From IMG/VR virus record IMGVR_UViG_3300019124_000038, positions 32,001 to 96,000 of that record: 64,000 nucleotides of DNA; one strand, 5' to 3'. Origin of the DNA: a virus. The notes beneath the pieces are model-generated. The model worked only from the letters and a program-made list of their open reading frames with translations, was not told the origin of the DNA and did no database searches. Below, one piece after another: positions 50,086-58,575 of this stretch. The translations under genes were made by a program, and so were the position numbers. Numbering within the stretch: position 1 is the stretch's first letter; every line of letters starts with the position of its first letter.

Positions 50086-51123
50086 ATGGCATATCCATTC
50101 ACAAAAGTTCACTCGGCGGTGAACTGGAATAATGTAATTGACAATTATACTCATTGGTTTTGGGAGCAAAACTTGAAACAGCTCTGGACAGACACCGAAA
50201 TGAAGCCATTGAAGGACATGAAAGTTTGGAAAAATGACTCTCTCATGACTCCCGAAAAACGATGGGTCTACTCTCGCGCTCTTGGTGGGCTAACGCTCCT
50301 TGATACGAAACAGGCAAATGTTGGGATGCCAATGATTGCCTACGCGGTTGAGGATGAACAGCGTAAGGGCGTGTTATCGCTGATGGGCATGATGGAGAAT
50401 ATTCATGCGAAGTCCTACTCAACAATCTTCACAACTCTCATGGTCAAGGAAGAGATTGACGAGGTGTTTGCATGGGTTGAGAACAACCGCTATCTCCAGT
50501 ACAAGGCAGAGACCATTGAGAGCTACTACATGCGACTCTTCAAGCCGAAAGACCAGCTCACGCAGAAAGAAATCTACATGGCAATGGTCGCATCGGTATT
50601 TCTTGAATCCTTCCTTTTCTACAGCGGATTCTTCTACCCATTGTATCTTGCTGGTCAATCTCCAGCAATGATGTTCCACTCTGGCGAGATCATCAATCTC
50701 ATTCTGCGTGATGAAAGTATTCACGGTGTCTATATCGGTTTGCTGGCACAAGAAATCTACAGCAACAAGCTCACTGATGTAGAGCGGGCAGAAGTAGACG
50801 CAGAAATGTACGAACTGCTTCAAAAGCTCATGGAGAATGAAGTTGCATACACGGAGGATATCTACGCTTGCATCAATCTCGACGCAGAAGTGAAGAAATT
50901 CCTCAAATACAACGCGAACAAGGCTCTTATGAACCTCGGCAAGCCAGCCCTCTATCAGAGTGTAGTGATTGACCCTGTTGTAGAAAATGGTCTTAGCACT
51001 GAAACCAAGACGCATGACTTCTTCTCAGCAAAAGGCAACGGATACCAAAAGGGTAAAGTCGAGCCGATTGAAGACGAAGACTTCAAATTTAACCTCGACG
51101 ATGAGTTCATCGTTGCGGCGTAA
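50086..51123 (+). CDS. nrdF: Class Ib ribonucleotide reductase beta subunit
   Basis: GLTLLDT.Q, MENIHAKSYS, LESFLFYSGF, RDESIHG, HDFFS.KGNGY; metal ligands intact. Confidence 0.96.
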   Translation: MAYPFTKVHSAVNWNNVIDNYTHWFWEQNLKQLWTDTEMKPLKDMKVWKNDSLMTPEKRWVYSRALGGLTLLDTKQANVGMPMIAYAVEDEQRKGVLSLMGMMENIHAKSYSTIFTTLMVKEEIDEVFAWVENNRYLQYKAETIESYYMRLFKPKDQLTQKEIYMAMVASVFLESFLFYSGFFYPLYLAGQSPAMMFHSGEIINLILRDESIHGVYIGLLAQEIYSNKLTDVERAEVDAEMYELLQKLMENEVAYTEDIYACINLDAEVKKFLKYNANKALMNLGKPALYQSVVIDPVVENGLSTETKTHDFFSAKGNGYQKGKVEPIEDEDFKFNLDDEFIVAA

Positions 51124-51141
51124 CTAATAGGAGGGAAATCA

Positions 51142-51927
51142 TTGCTACGAAATCAAGTATACTGTAGTGACTGTGTGGTTGGTATGCGAAATTTGCCAGA
51201 TGCTTGCGTTGATTTAACTGTGACATCCCCTCCCTATGACAATCTTAGGCTATATAATGGCTATTCATTTGATTTTAATAGCGTCGCGCACGAACTTTAT
51301 CGCGTAACCAAGGATGGAGGTGTGGTTGTATGGATTGTAGGAGATGCAACCCGAAATGGAAGCGAATCAGGTACATCTTTTAAGCAAGCCCTCTATTTTA
51401 TGGAGATTGGGTTTAATTTGCATGATACGATGATTTACATGTCGGATAAGCCGCCATTAAGTCATAGACGATATGAACAAAAATTTGAATATATGTTCAT
51501 TCTCAGCAAGGGGCGACCAAAAACTTTTAATCCAATCATGGAAGAAAGCAAATACGCAGGAGCCAGCAAAAAGGCTCGAACATTCAGACAAGATGAGCAT
51601 GGAGAACTTGAAGAGTCACATAGCAAGAGTGCTGTTAAAAAGGAAAAAATTAAAGGGAATGTGTGGTTTTATCCTACGGGTTATAACAAATCAACGAAGG
51701 ATAAAATCGCCTTTGCCCACCCTGCGATATTCCCTGAGCGTCTTGCTCTTGACCACATTCTGTCTTGGTCAGATGAAGGTGATCTAGTTCTCGACCCCTT
51801 TGCAGGGAGTGGAACGACAGCTAAAATGTCGCTTTTAAGTGGGAGAGAATTCATTGGTTTTGAAATTTCACAAGAGTATGTCGATATAGCGAATCAAAGA
51901 ATTGCAACAGTTCAGGAGGAGAAGTGA
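51142..51927 (+). CDS. Orphan DNA methyltransferase, beta class (N4-C/N6-A)
   Basis: VTSPPY before HPAIFP and DPFAGSGTT. Confidence 0.9.
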   Translation: MLRNQVYCSDCVVGMRNLPDACVDLTVTSPPYDNLRLYNGYSFDFNSVAHELYRVTKDGGVVVWIVGDATRNGSESGTSFKQALYFMEIGFNLHDTMIYMSDKPPLSHRRYEQKFEYMFILSKGRPKTFNPIMEESKYAGASKKARTFRQDEHGELEESHSKSAVKKEKIKGNVWFYPTGYNKSTKDKIAFAHPAIFPERLALDHILSWSDEGDLVLDPFAGSGTTAKMSLLSGREFIGFEISQEYVDIANQRIATVQEEK

Positions 51928-51929
51928 GT

Positions 51930-52211
51930 ATGGCAAATGTAAAGATCATCAAGTATGAGAAGCCGTATTGCGCTCCATGCGCCCGCGTAGAAGGATACCT
52001 CAAAGACCTTGGGGTAGCAGATGTAGTTGACCATCGCAATCCGTTCGACGACCCTGACGCGGCGGCAAAACATGGCGTAATGATGAGTGTTCCTGTGGTA
52101 GCACTTGTCAATGCCGATACCGACGAACTGATCGTGAGTGCGGAAGGCGACAACCGAGACGGCATCAATGTCCTTGTCGATATGTACCACAAATTGAAAC
52201 AGGGGGCGTAA
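51930..52211 (+). CDS. nrdH: NrdH/thioredoxin-like redoxin
   Basis: CAPC active site, SVPV cis-Pro; within nrd cluster. Confidence 0.75.
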   Translation: MANVKIIKYEKPYCAPCARVEGYLKDLGVADVVDHRNPFDDPDAAAKHGVMMSVPVVALVNADTDELIVSAEGDNRDGINVLVDMYHKLKQGA

Positions 52212-52227
52212 GCTCCCTTTCTTTTTA
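52201..52227 (+). terminator. Rho-independent terminator
   Basis: AGGGGGC-gtaa-GCTCCCT followed by T-run. Confidence 0.6.
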
Positions 52228-52246
52228 CCAAGGAGGAGGAACCGAA

Positions 52247-52945
52247 GTGGCATTCATCTATATGAGCAACGGGGAGCCAGTAGAGATTGATGATGAGGAT
52301 TTCGCTTGGCTTAGTCAGTACAAATGGAGACCAGACAAAGATGGATATGCGCGAACGACTTGGAGGCAAGATGGGACACGGTATGACAGACGAATGCACC
52401 GCATGATTTTAGATGCTTCTAGGGGTCAAATTGTAGATCATATCGACGGGAATCGCCTTAATAATCGCAAAAACAATCTTCGTTTTGTGAGTAGCCGACA
52501 AAACTCACAAAACATGAAGAGACCGCGCACAAACACTACAGGCTATAAGGGTGTAGTGAAGCGCAGAGAAAATAGGTATGAAGCGAAAGTCACTCACGGC
52601 GGAGATTGTTTGTACTGCGGAACATACACGAATGCTCTTGCCGCCGCACATGCCTATAATTACAACGCTAAGTTATGCTTCGGTCAGTTCGCACAGCTCA
52701 ACGAGGTCGAACCTTTGGATGATTGGAGAGACTTTCGGGTTGCGACTGTTCCGAAATCACAATGGCGTGGAGTGAGTGAAAAAGGCGATAAGTGGCAAGC
52801 ATCTATTTTTCATGAAGGTCAAAGAGTCTATATTGGTCTATATGAGACAGAGATTCAGGCGGCTTTAGCCTATAACGCTAAGGCATCTGAGTTAAAAGGA
52901 GAAAGTGCTGTATTGAACGAAGTGGAGGATGATCTAGTATGCTAG
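52247..52945 (+). CDS. Free-standing HNH homing endonuclease with two AP2-like domains
   Basis: MHRMI...VDHIDGNRLNNRKNNLR; GYKGV...AA.AYN and WRGV...AALAYN. Confidence 0.9.
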   Translation: MAFIYMSNGEPVEIDDEDFAWLSQYKWRPDKDGYARTTWRQDGTRYDRRMHRMILDASRGQIVDHIDGNRLNNRKNNLRFVSSRQNSQNMKRPRTNTTGYKGVVKRRENRYEAKVTHGGDCLYCGTYTNALAAAHAYNYNAKLCFGQFAQLNEVEPLDDWRDFRVATVPKSQWRGVSEKGDKWQASIFHEGQRVYIGLYETEIQAALAYNAKASELKGESAVLNEVEDDLVC

Positions 52946-53805
52946 GAATTGCATTCGCAGGAGGTGGAATCAGAGGAAGTGTCGAACTCGGCATCGTAAA
53001 GGCTTTCTACGAAGCGAACATTCGCCCAACAATCTTTACTGGTGCATCCGCTGGTTCAATTGTGGCAGGGCTACTAGCGATGGGCTACAGTCCTGACGAA
53101 GCATTCGCTGAGTTTTCAAAAGTTGGTAGTGATGTAATGGATGTAGCGTATGGTCATATCCTGTCTGGTCTCTTCTCGAAAGAACGAGTGCAAGGACTAG
53201 TTAGGGGTGACAGATTAGAGTCTATGTTGAACATGCTCTATTGCCGACGACAAATGCATGGGATTCCACAACCTAATAAGTTGGCAGTTGTTGCGACAGA
53301 CATCCAGACAGGCAAACAGATCATTTTTGCGAATCAAGACCCAGTAGACACAAGCATGATTGGTGATGATAATTTCGCATGGTTTAATCAGAGCACTTTG
53401 CCAATCAGTTTTGCTGTTCGCAGTTCATGCTCTTTCCCCGCCGTCTTCTTACCGAAGAGGTACATGGATTATGTATTAGTGGACGGGGGACTCACCAACA
53501 ATGTCCCATCGGATATTGCGCGGGCACTGGGAGCAACACAGGTCATTACTATTGATCTTGGCTACAACGGGGAGAAAGAGGAAGTAGGTGGTATCGCTTC
53601 AATCATCGGGAAAAGCATTTCAATTCTCATGGAGCGCGTAAACGATCATAATAACGATACACATGGAATCTATCTGAATCCTAGCGTGGATGATGTTGGA
53701 ACATTTGATTTCTCGCAAATGGACGAACTCTACCAGATCGGCTATAGATACGGGAAAGCAATGATCCAAGAAGTTCGTGAGAAGCTAGTCCTTGCCACAG
53801 CCTAG
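52939..53805 (+). CDS. Patatin-like phospholipase
   Basis: GGGIRG, GASAG nucleophile, SCSFP..F, LVDGG. Confidence 0.9.
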   Translation: MLGIAFAGGGIRGSVELGIVKAFYEANIRPTIFTGASAGSIVAGLLAMGYSPDEAFAEFSKVGSDVMDVAYGHILSGLFSKERVQGLVRGDRLESMLNMLYCRRQMHGIPQPNKLAVVATDIQTGKQIIFANQDPVDTSMIGDDNFAWFNQSTLPISFAVRSSCSFPAVFLPKRYMDYVLVDGGLTNNVPSDIARALGATQVITIDLGYNGEKEEVGGIASIIGKSISILMERVNDHNNDTHGIYLNPSVDDVGTFDFSQMDELYQIGYRYGKAMIQEVREKLVLATA

Positions 53806-53821
53806 CAATCTATGTTATACT
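53792..53821 (+). promoter_or_regulatory. SigA-type promoter of the radical SAM operon
   Basis: TTGCCA-N18-TATACT with extended -10 TG; same CC prefix and downstream TATAAG as other phage promoters. Confidence 0.65.
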
Positions 53822-53851
53822 ACACCTATAAGATAAGAGGAGGAACACCGC

Positions 53852-54187
53852 ATGGTAACAATCGCAAATGGCGTTGTTTTCAATGACACCCATGTCGTAA
53901 CAACAACTGAGCTTTTACGGCTCTCCTTCTATGGGACAGGCAATGAGAATGTCATCATTGCCTTTGCTCCTAGTGTTGAGCGTCGTGGCTTGAAAGTTCT
54001 AAATGATTTCAAGCAAAACGGTACAGCAAAGATTCAAGTGTACAACAACGGTGTGCTTATCTTTGAAGATAGTGCCTATACAGATGTACAGTTCGAATAT
54101 GCCAAGAACGACACGCAAAATCTGGTAGAGCAACTGAACTTCACCAAGTCTGTTTCTTCGCTATCGACATCTACGGTCAGCGGGTAG
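53852..54187 (+). CDS. Hypothetical beta-rich protein, first gene of rSAM operon
   Basis: RBS GAGGAGG; 111 aa. Confidence 0.6.
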   Translation: MVTIANGVVFNDTHVVTTTELLRLSFYGTGNENVIIAFAPSVERRGLKVLNDFKQNGTAKIQVYNNGVLIFEDSAYTDVQFEYAKNDTQNLVEQLNFTKSVSSLSTSTVSG

Positions 54188-54196
54188 GTGTTATAG

Positions 54197-54853
54197 ATGC
54201 CAGCACAGAAAGGTACAGTTTGGATTACCGATTCTGAGTTTCATCTGGTAGGTGAGGACGGACTGCATTGGTACTATGTCGGCACTGATGCGGGTGCGGC
54301 TCCAGCGGATGCAGACCTTGGCTCTATTTGGGTTAACACCAATCTGTATTACATCGACGCTAACGCTAGGATTCGGTATATCCCAAGCGTAGTCATGAGC
54401 GCTGTGCAGGGTGTTGCTGGTAGTGCATGGATTAATAACCGTTTCCTCTACTGGCTAGATAACACAAAGACCATCCGATACGGTCATTCAGATGTCGCAG
54501 GATACAACGACTACGGCGATTCACGCGCTCACGGAGACACGGCATTCTATGACAGGGCACATACCGATTCCTATGGCACATATACAAACTGGGCGCATAG
54601 CGACACTCCTCACTCTGACAACGCACACGGTGACTGGCAACCATACTGCGACGTAACTGGTTGCTCGCCTACGCACGGTGATTATGGACATGGCGATAGT
54701 CCACATAGTGATAATCCGCATGTAGATTCACCAGCGCAATATTTCGATATTCCACACGGGGATACGCCACATAGCGACACCCCACCATACTCGGATTACG
54801 GCGATTCTCGGGCACATGCAGACTACCCACGACAGGGAACGACAATTGCATAG
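54197..54853 (+). CDS. His/Tyr-X-Asp repeat protein, putative substrate of the adjacent radical SAM enzyme
   Basis: Three N-terminal G[ST].W[IV] repeats, then 20 aromatic-X-Asp motifs in residues 97-209. Confidence 0.75.
   Translation: MPAQKGTVWITDSEFHLVGEDGLHWYYVGTDAGAAPADADLGSIWVNTNLYYIDANARIRYIPSVVMSAVQGVAGSAWINNRFLYWLDNTKTIRYGHSDVAGYNDYGDSRAHGDTAFYDRAHTDSYGTYTNWAHSDTPHSDNAHGDWQPYCDVTGCSPTHGDYGHGDSPHSDNPHVDSPAQYFDIPHGDTPHSDTPPYSDYGDSRAHADYPRQGTTIA
54485..54823 (+). repeat. Coding repeat array of H/Y/F-X-D motifs (mostly 5-residue period)
   Basis: HSD,YND,YGD,HGD,FYD,HTD,HSD,HSD,HGD,YCD,HGD,HGD,HSD,HVD,YFD,HGD,HSD,YSD,YGD,HAD; YGDSRAH occurs near both ends. Confidence 0.85.
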
Positions 54854-54864
54854 GAGGGGAAAGG

Positions 54865-56079
54865 ATGGCTAACGAAGTTAGACCTATGGGTGTAGCATGT
54901 AATCTTAAATGCACTTACTGCTATCAGAACCCTCTTCGGGATGCGGGGAATATCAATACTCTGTATGATCTCGAAAAGATCATCGAGCAACTTGACAAGA
55001 CCACATCAGAGTTTCACCTTTTCGGGGGTGAAGCTCTACTAATCCCGAAGAAAGATTTAGAGGTTCTTTGGTCATACGGATTAAAACGGTTCGGACAAAA
55101 CGGGATTCAAACGAACGGCGTACTTATCGACGCTGAACACGTAGAACTGTTCAAAAAATATAAAGTTTCTGTCGGCATCTCTATCGACGGCCCTGCCGAA
55201 CTCAACGACATGCGTTGGGCGGGTTCTCTCGACAAGACACGGGAAGCAACGCAAAAGATCATGGACAACATCGTTATGCTGGCTAATGAGGGTGTGCAGA
55301 TGGGCATTATCATCACCATCCACAAACTTAATGGTATGCCAGAACATCTTCCACGACTGCTCAATTTTATTCGTTGGCTCGGAGATATCGGCGTTAAAGG
55401 CGGCAACATTCACACCCTTGAAGTCGATAATGAGATTGTAAGGAACATGTTCTGTCTGACAGAAGAAGAAAATCTTTATGCGTTCCTGACTCTGGCGCAG
55501 TTCTTTCAGGAGAACCCTGATCTGTCATGGAATCCGTTCGGAGAAATATACAAGCTCCTCCAAGGTGATGACTACGGGGCTAACTGTAATTTTAAACGAT
55601 GTGATTCTATGAACACTCAGGCGGTCTATGGCATTGAAGGGAATGGCGCACTGTCTAACTGCTCTCGCACTAACAAAGAAGGTATCGACATGTATAAGGC
55701 AGACGATCATGGCTATGAGCGCTACATTTCGCTCTACCACACGCCGCCTGAGTATGGTGGCTGTAACGGTTGCCGTTTCTGGTCGATCTGCGGTGGATCA
55801 TGTCCCGGTGAAAGTGTTAATGGAGACTTTAGAAACAAAACAATACACTGTCAAACAATGAAGGGTATTCTCGGTTTCTACGAAGAAGTTCTGGAGAGCG
55901 AGGGTATTCAACCTATCACTAAGCATCCGAATCTCTACGAATACGAGAGAGAGATGTTGAAGTGGATGGCGCAAGGTCAGAACTGCTTGCTCAGTGATGC
56001 TATCAGGATGGTTGATGGTCGCGGGGAAAATGGCGAAATTCGCGTAGTTCCTGTGTACAGAAATGAAGGGAGGGAGTAA
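54865..56079 (+). CDS. Radical SAM/SPASM-domain peptide/protein maturase (no N-terminal RRE)
   Basis: CNLKCTYC (CX3CX2C), FGGEAL, QTNG, SIDGP; SPASM C...C...C plus CNGCRFWSICGGSC (CX2CX5CX3C) and distal Cys. Confidence 0.9.
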   Translation: MANEVRPMGVACNLKCTYCYQNPLRDAGNINTLYDLEKIIEQLDKTTSEFHLFGGEALLIPKKDLEVLWSYGLKRFGQNGIQTNGVLIDAEHVELFKKYKVSVGISIDGPAELNDMRWAGSLDKTREATQKIMDNIVMLANEGVQMGIIITIHKLNGMPEHLPRLLNFIRWLGDIGVKGGNIHTLEVDNEIVRNMFCLTEEENLYAFLTLAQFFQENPDLSWNPFGEIYKLLQGDDYGANCNFKRCDSMNTQAVYGIEGNGALSNCSRTNKEGIDMYKADDHGYERYISLYHTPPEYGGCNGCRFWSICGGSCPGESVNGDFRNKTIHCQTMKGILGFYEEVLESEGIQPITKHPNLYEYEREMLKWMAQGQNCLLSDAIRMVDGRGENGEIRVVPVYRNEGRE

Positions 56080-57041
56080 TGATGGAACTGCTTGGCTTTG
56101 ACATGCCGCCGTTTGCGCGTATTCAATATGTTACAGCAGGTGTCAAGAACGAGTGGGAGCCGCGTGTTGCAAGAGCCGCAAAAGCCTACTACGATCTGGA
56201 GCTTCTAACTGTCAAGCATGGAGTACGCGCATGTACTACACGTCATGTCTCTCCACAGAACTTGGAGTATGACTTACAGAACTTTGCGCGGCATGGTCTT
56301 GTGTGGCTTCCGATTCAACGAGTGGGAAGCTATCAGGGCTTTGCTCACAAGCATCCTCCTGTTCAGGAAGGTCGCCCTTGGGCTTGGTATGGTGTAGTGG
56401 CTCGTACAATGGAAGACGCTTTGAAGTTTGTCGAAGCATCGACGACAAAGTTCGACCACGATGTTCTTGGTCAGCTTCTTGGCTATCCCGACTGTTGTCG
56501 AAAGTTTTTTAATGAGGTGTGGGGGGCAGGGTATATTGACCCAATATGGCAACAAGCAGGAGGTGATCTTGAACACATGATACAGCATGAGGTCACGGAA
56601 GGTCAGGAAATGGTGCACTTCTCCAGTAGCGTCTCACATTTGACCGTATCCATGCTTCGTTATATTGGTGTGCGTATCGTACCGCATATCCCGTGCTCTG
56701 TAGGTTGCAAACATTCAGAGCATATTGCTCAGGCATGGTTTGAAGTCGGAGAGAAAGAGGAGGTAGAAGGTCTCCGTGATCTTGTAGCCCTCTTGACTCT
56801 GCCTACTGAATGGGACTGCCTGAGAGGGATTGCCGTTGTCTCTACACCTTTGTTCAAGATTCAGACGAACTCTATGACCACAACGAAGCGGTACATTGTT
56901 CGTAAGGATGGCGAATGGTATCCAGAAGAAGCACCAAGCGGCTTGAAGTTTCCTTGGCAAACGAAAGTAGGATTCGGATGTAATACCAGTATTCGCTCAC
57001 ACGCCAAGTCTGATCTGATTCAAGTAGAGAGTACACAATGA
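56079..57041 (+). CDS. Cys/His-rich protein with DUF483-like LGYPxCC motif
   Basis: GQLLGYPDCCRKFF, PHIPCSVGCKHS; start overlaps rSAM stop. Confidence 0.55.
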   Translation: MMELLGFDMPPFARIQYVTAGVKNEWEPRVARAAKAYYDLELLTVKHGVRACTTRHVSPQNLEYDLQNFARHGLVWLPIQRVGSYQGFAHKHPPVQEGRPWAWYGVVARTMEDALKFVEASTTKFDHDVLGQLLGYPDCCRKFFNEVWGAGYIDPIWQQAGGDLEHMIQHEVTEGQEMVHFSSSVSHLTVSMLRYIGVRIVPHIPCSVGCKHSEHIAQAWFEVGEKEEVEGLRDLVALLTLPTEWDCLRGIAVVSTPLFKIQTNSMTTTKRYIVRKDGEWYPEEAPSGLKFPWQTKVGFGCNTSIRSHAKSDLIQVESTQ

Positions 57042-57211
57042 AACTTCTCCGCATATTGTTAGTGCCAATCACGTACCCGATTTTCGTGGTTCTCGTTATT
57101 CTCGCGAATTTACTTATAGTAGTAACATTTGGAGATGTTCGTTGGGCATGGATATTCGCAGGATGGGTACAGGATTACTACTATTGGATAAGTGAATGGA
57201 GGTATATGTAG
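57038..57211 (+). CDS. Small membrane protein (57 aa, not in ORF track)
   Basis: ATGA overlap with upstream stop; long hydrophobic helix then Trp/Tyr-rich tail. Confidence 0.45.
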   Translation: MKLLRILLVPITYPIFVVLVILANLLIVVTFGDVRWAWIFAGWVQDYYYWISEWRYM

Positions 57212-57429
57212 TGGCTAAGGACACCAATATTGACACTCAAAAGTTTGACTGTTGCTACGAACTGAGCCACAAGGGGATTTACATGGAGGTTGACCTGAAT
57301 AGTACCCATGTGGCCTTCTCAATGTATAATCGTGCGCGGTTTGAAACACAAGTTTGTATCAATAGCAAGGACGACGCACGTAGGCTCATTGAGTTGTTAG
57401 AGGAATATTGTCAGCGATCCTAGCATTCC

Positions 57430-57458
57430 TTGACAAATCTGTCACTAAAGTCTATAAT
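57430..57458 (+). promoter_or_regulatory. SigA-type promoter for erf
   Basis: TTGACA-N17-TATAAT. Confidence 0.85.
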
Positions 57459-57499
57459 ATAACTATAAGATAACTGATTGAAAAGGAGAACGTAGCTGA

Positions 57500-58267
57500 A
57501 TGAAAACATCTGAAAGTCTAGTAAATTTCGCTCCTGCTTTTGTCGGATTTAGCTCAGAGGTAGAACGAATTGAGAAAGATCGTCGTAATCCGCACTTTAA
57601 GAATGACTACGCGACGCTTGACCAACTGATCGACGCAACACGTCCGATTCTTGCCAAATATGGTTTGGCTGTTACTCAGAGTGCGGCTGGAGATGAAAAC
57701 GGGAATGTCGTTCTTACAACTCGGGTAATGCATACCTCTGGCGAATGGCAAGAAACAGAGCCTCTTATCATGAAGCCTGTGAAAACAGACCCGCAAGGCA
57801 TGGGTTCCGCAACTACTTATGCGCGACGTTATCAATACGCGGCGGCTCTGAATCTGAGTACTGGCGAGGATGATGATGGCAACGACGCAAGCGGCATCGG
57901 TAATACGGATAAGACACCCGCTCCTGATGTAGAAACCCGTCGCCAAAATGCGCGACAAGAAGCCATGAATCGTCGCAACTCTGGAGGTAACAATTCCACT
58001 CCTACCGCACCGACTACTCCAGCAGAAACGACCTCTGCAAGCATGGAGAGCACAGGCATGATTACTGATGGTCAAGTCAAGTCCATCAATAACATGACGA
58101 ATGTACTTGACCGCAAGTACGGTGACGAACGCGTAGGTTCCCGACTGCTCGGCGACAAGCTGGCTGAATATGGCAAGGGCGATCTCTCCGAGCTAACCTT
58201 TGACGAAGCGGCTGGTATCCTGTCTACCTTCAACGGAGCAATGCGTAACAAACCGACCTTCAACTAG
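57500..58267 (+). CDS. erf: ERF-family ssDNA annealing protein
   Basis: KD..NPHFK..YATLD, L.HTSGEW, PQGMGSATTYARRY, EDDDG. Confidence 0.9.
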   Translation: MKTSESLVNFAPAFVGFSSEVERIEKDRRNPHFKNDYATLDQLIDATRPILAKYGLAVTQSAAGDENGNVVLTTRVMHTSGEWQETEPLIMKPVKTDPQGMGSATTYARRYQYAAALNLSTGEDDDGNDASGIGNTDKTPAPDVETRRQNARQEAMNRRNSGGNNSTPTAPTTPAETTSASMESTGMITDGQVKSINNMTNVLDRKYGDERVGSRLLGDKLAEYGKGDLSELTFDEAAGILSTFNGAMRNKPTFN

Positions 58268-58276
58268 GTCATATGG

Positions 58277-58302
58277 GGTAGGAGGAATCCTGCCCCTTTT
58301 CC
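58277..58302 (+). terminator. Probable terminator
   Basis: GGGGTAGGA-ggaa-TCCTGCCCC followed by TTTT. Confidence 0.6.
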
Positions 58303-58323
58303 ATTTTAAAGGAGGGGCTAATA

Positions 58324-58572
58324 GTGTACGGCGCATTGGACGATTTCTACAAAGGGACACTTTTTTCGCGAGATGAACTGGAGCGAGAAATTGATTTCTG
58401 GCAAAAGGTCGTAGACGAAAAAGAAGAAAACGACGTATACCAAGGCGATCAATACTATCAAGATGACTTACAGGCTCTAGGAGCTTTGAGGGAAGCACTC
58501 GAAAATTTCTCTCAATACTATGAAGAGCAAGAGGATGGTAGCTTGACCTATATTTTCGGAACGGAGAGATAA
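58324..58572 (+). CDS. Small acidic hypothetical protein
   Basis: RBS AGGAGG; Asp/Glu-rich. Confidence 0.5.
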   Translation: MYGALDDFYKGTLFSRDELEREIDFWQKVVDEKEENDVYQGDQYYQDDLQALGALREALENFSQYYEEQEDGSLTYIFGTER

Positions 58573-58575
58573 TAA

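Noticed and set aside
41960-51123. Group I introns in thyA/nrdE/nrdF
   Set aside because: All three reading frames are continuous and of normal length; the HNH gene is free-standing.
50086-51123. Metal-free class Ie RNR beta subunit
   Set aside because: The canonical Asp/Glu/His ligands are retained, consistent with class Ib.
54865-56079. rSAM as anaerobic sulfatase maturase, RNR activase or 7-deazaguanine (QueE) enzyme
   Set aside because: No sulfatase, class III RNR or que/dpd genes in the window; the SPASM domain and adjacent motif-rich protein favour a peptide/protein maturase.
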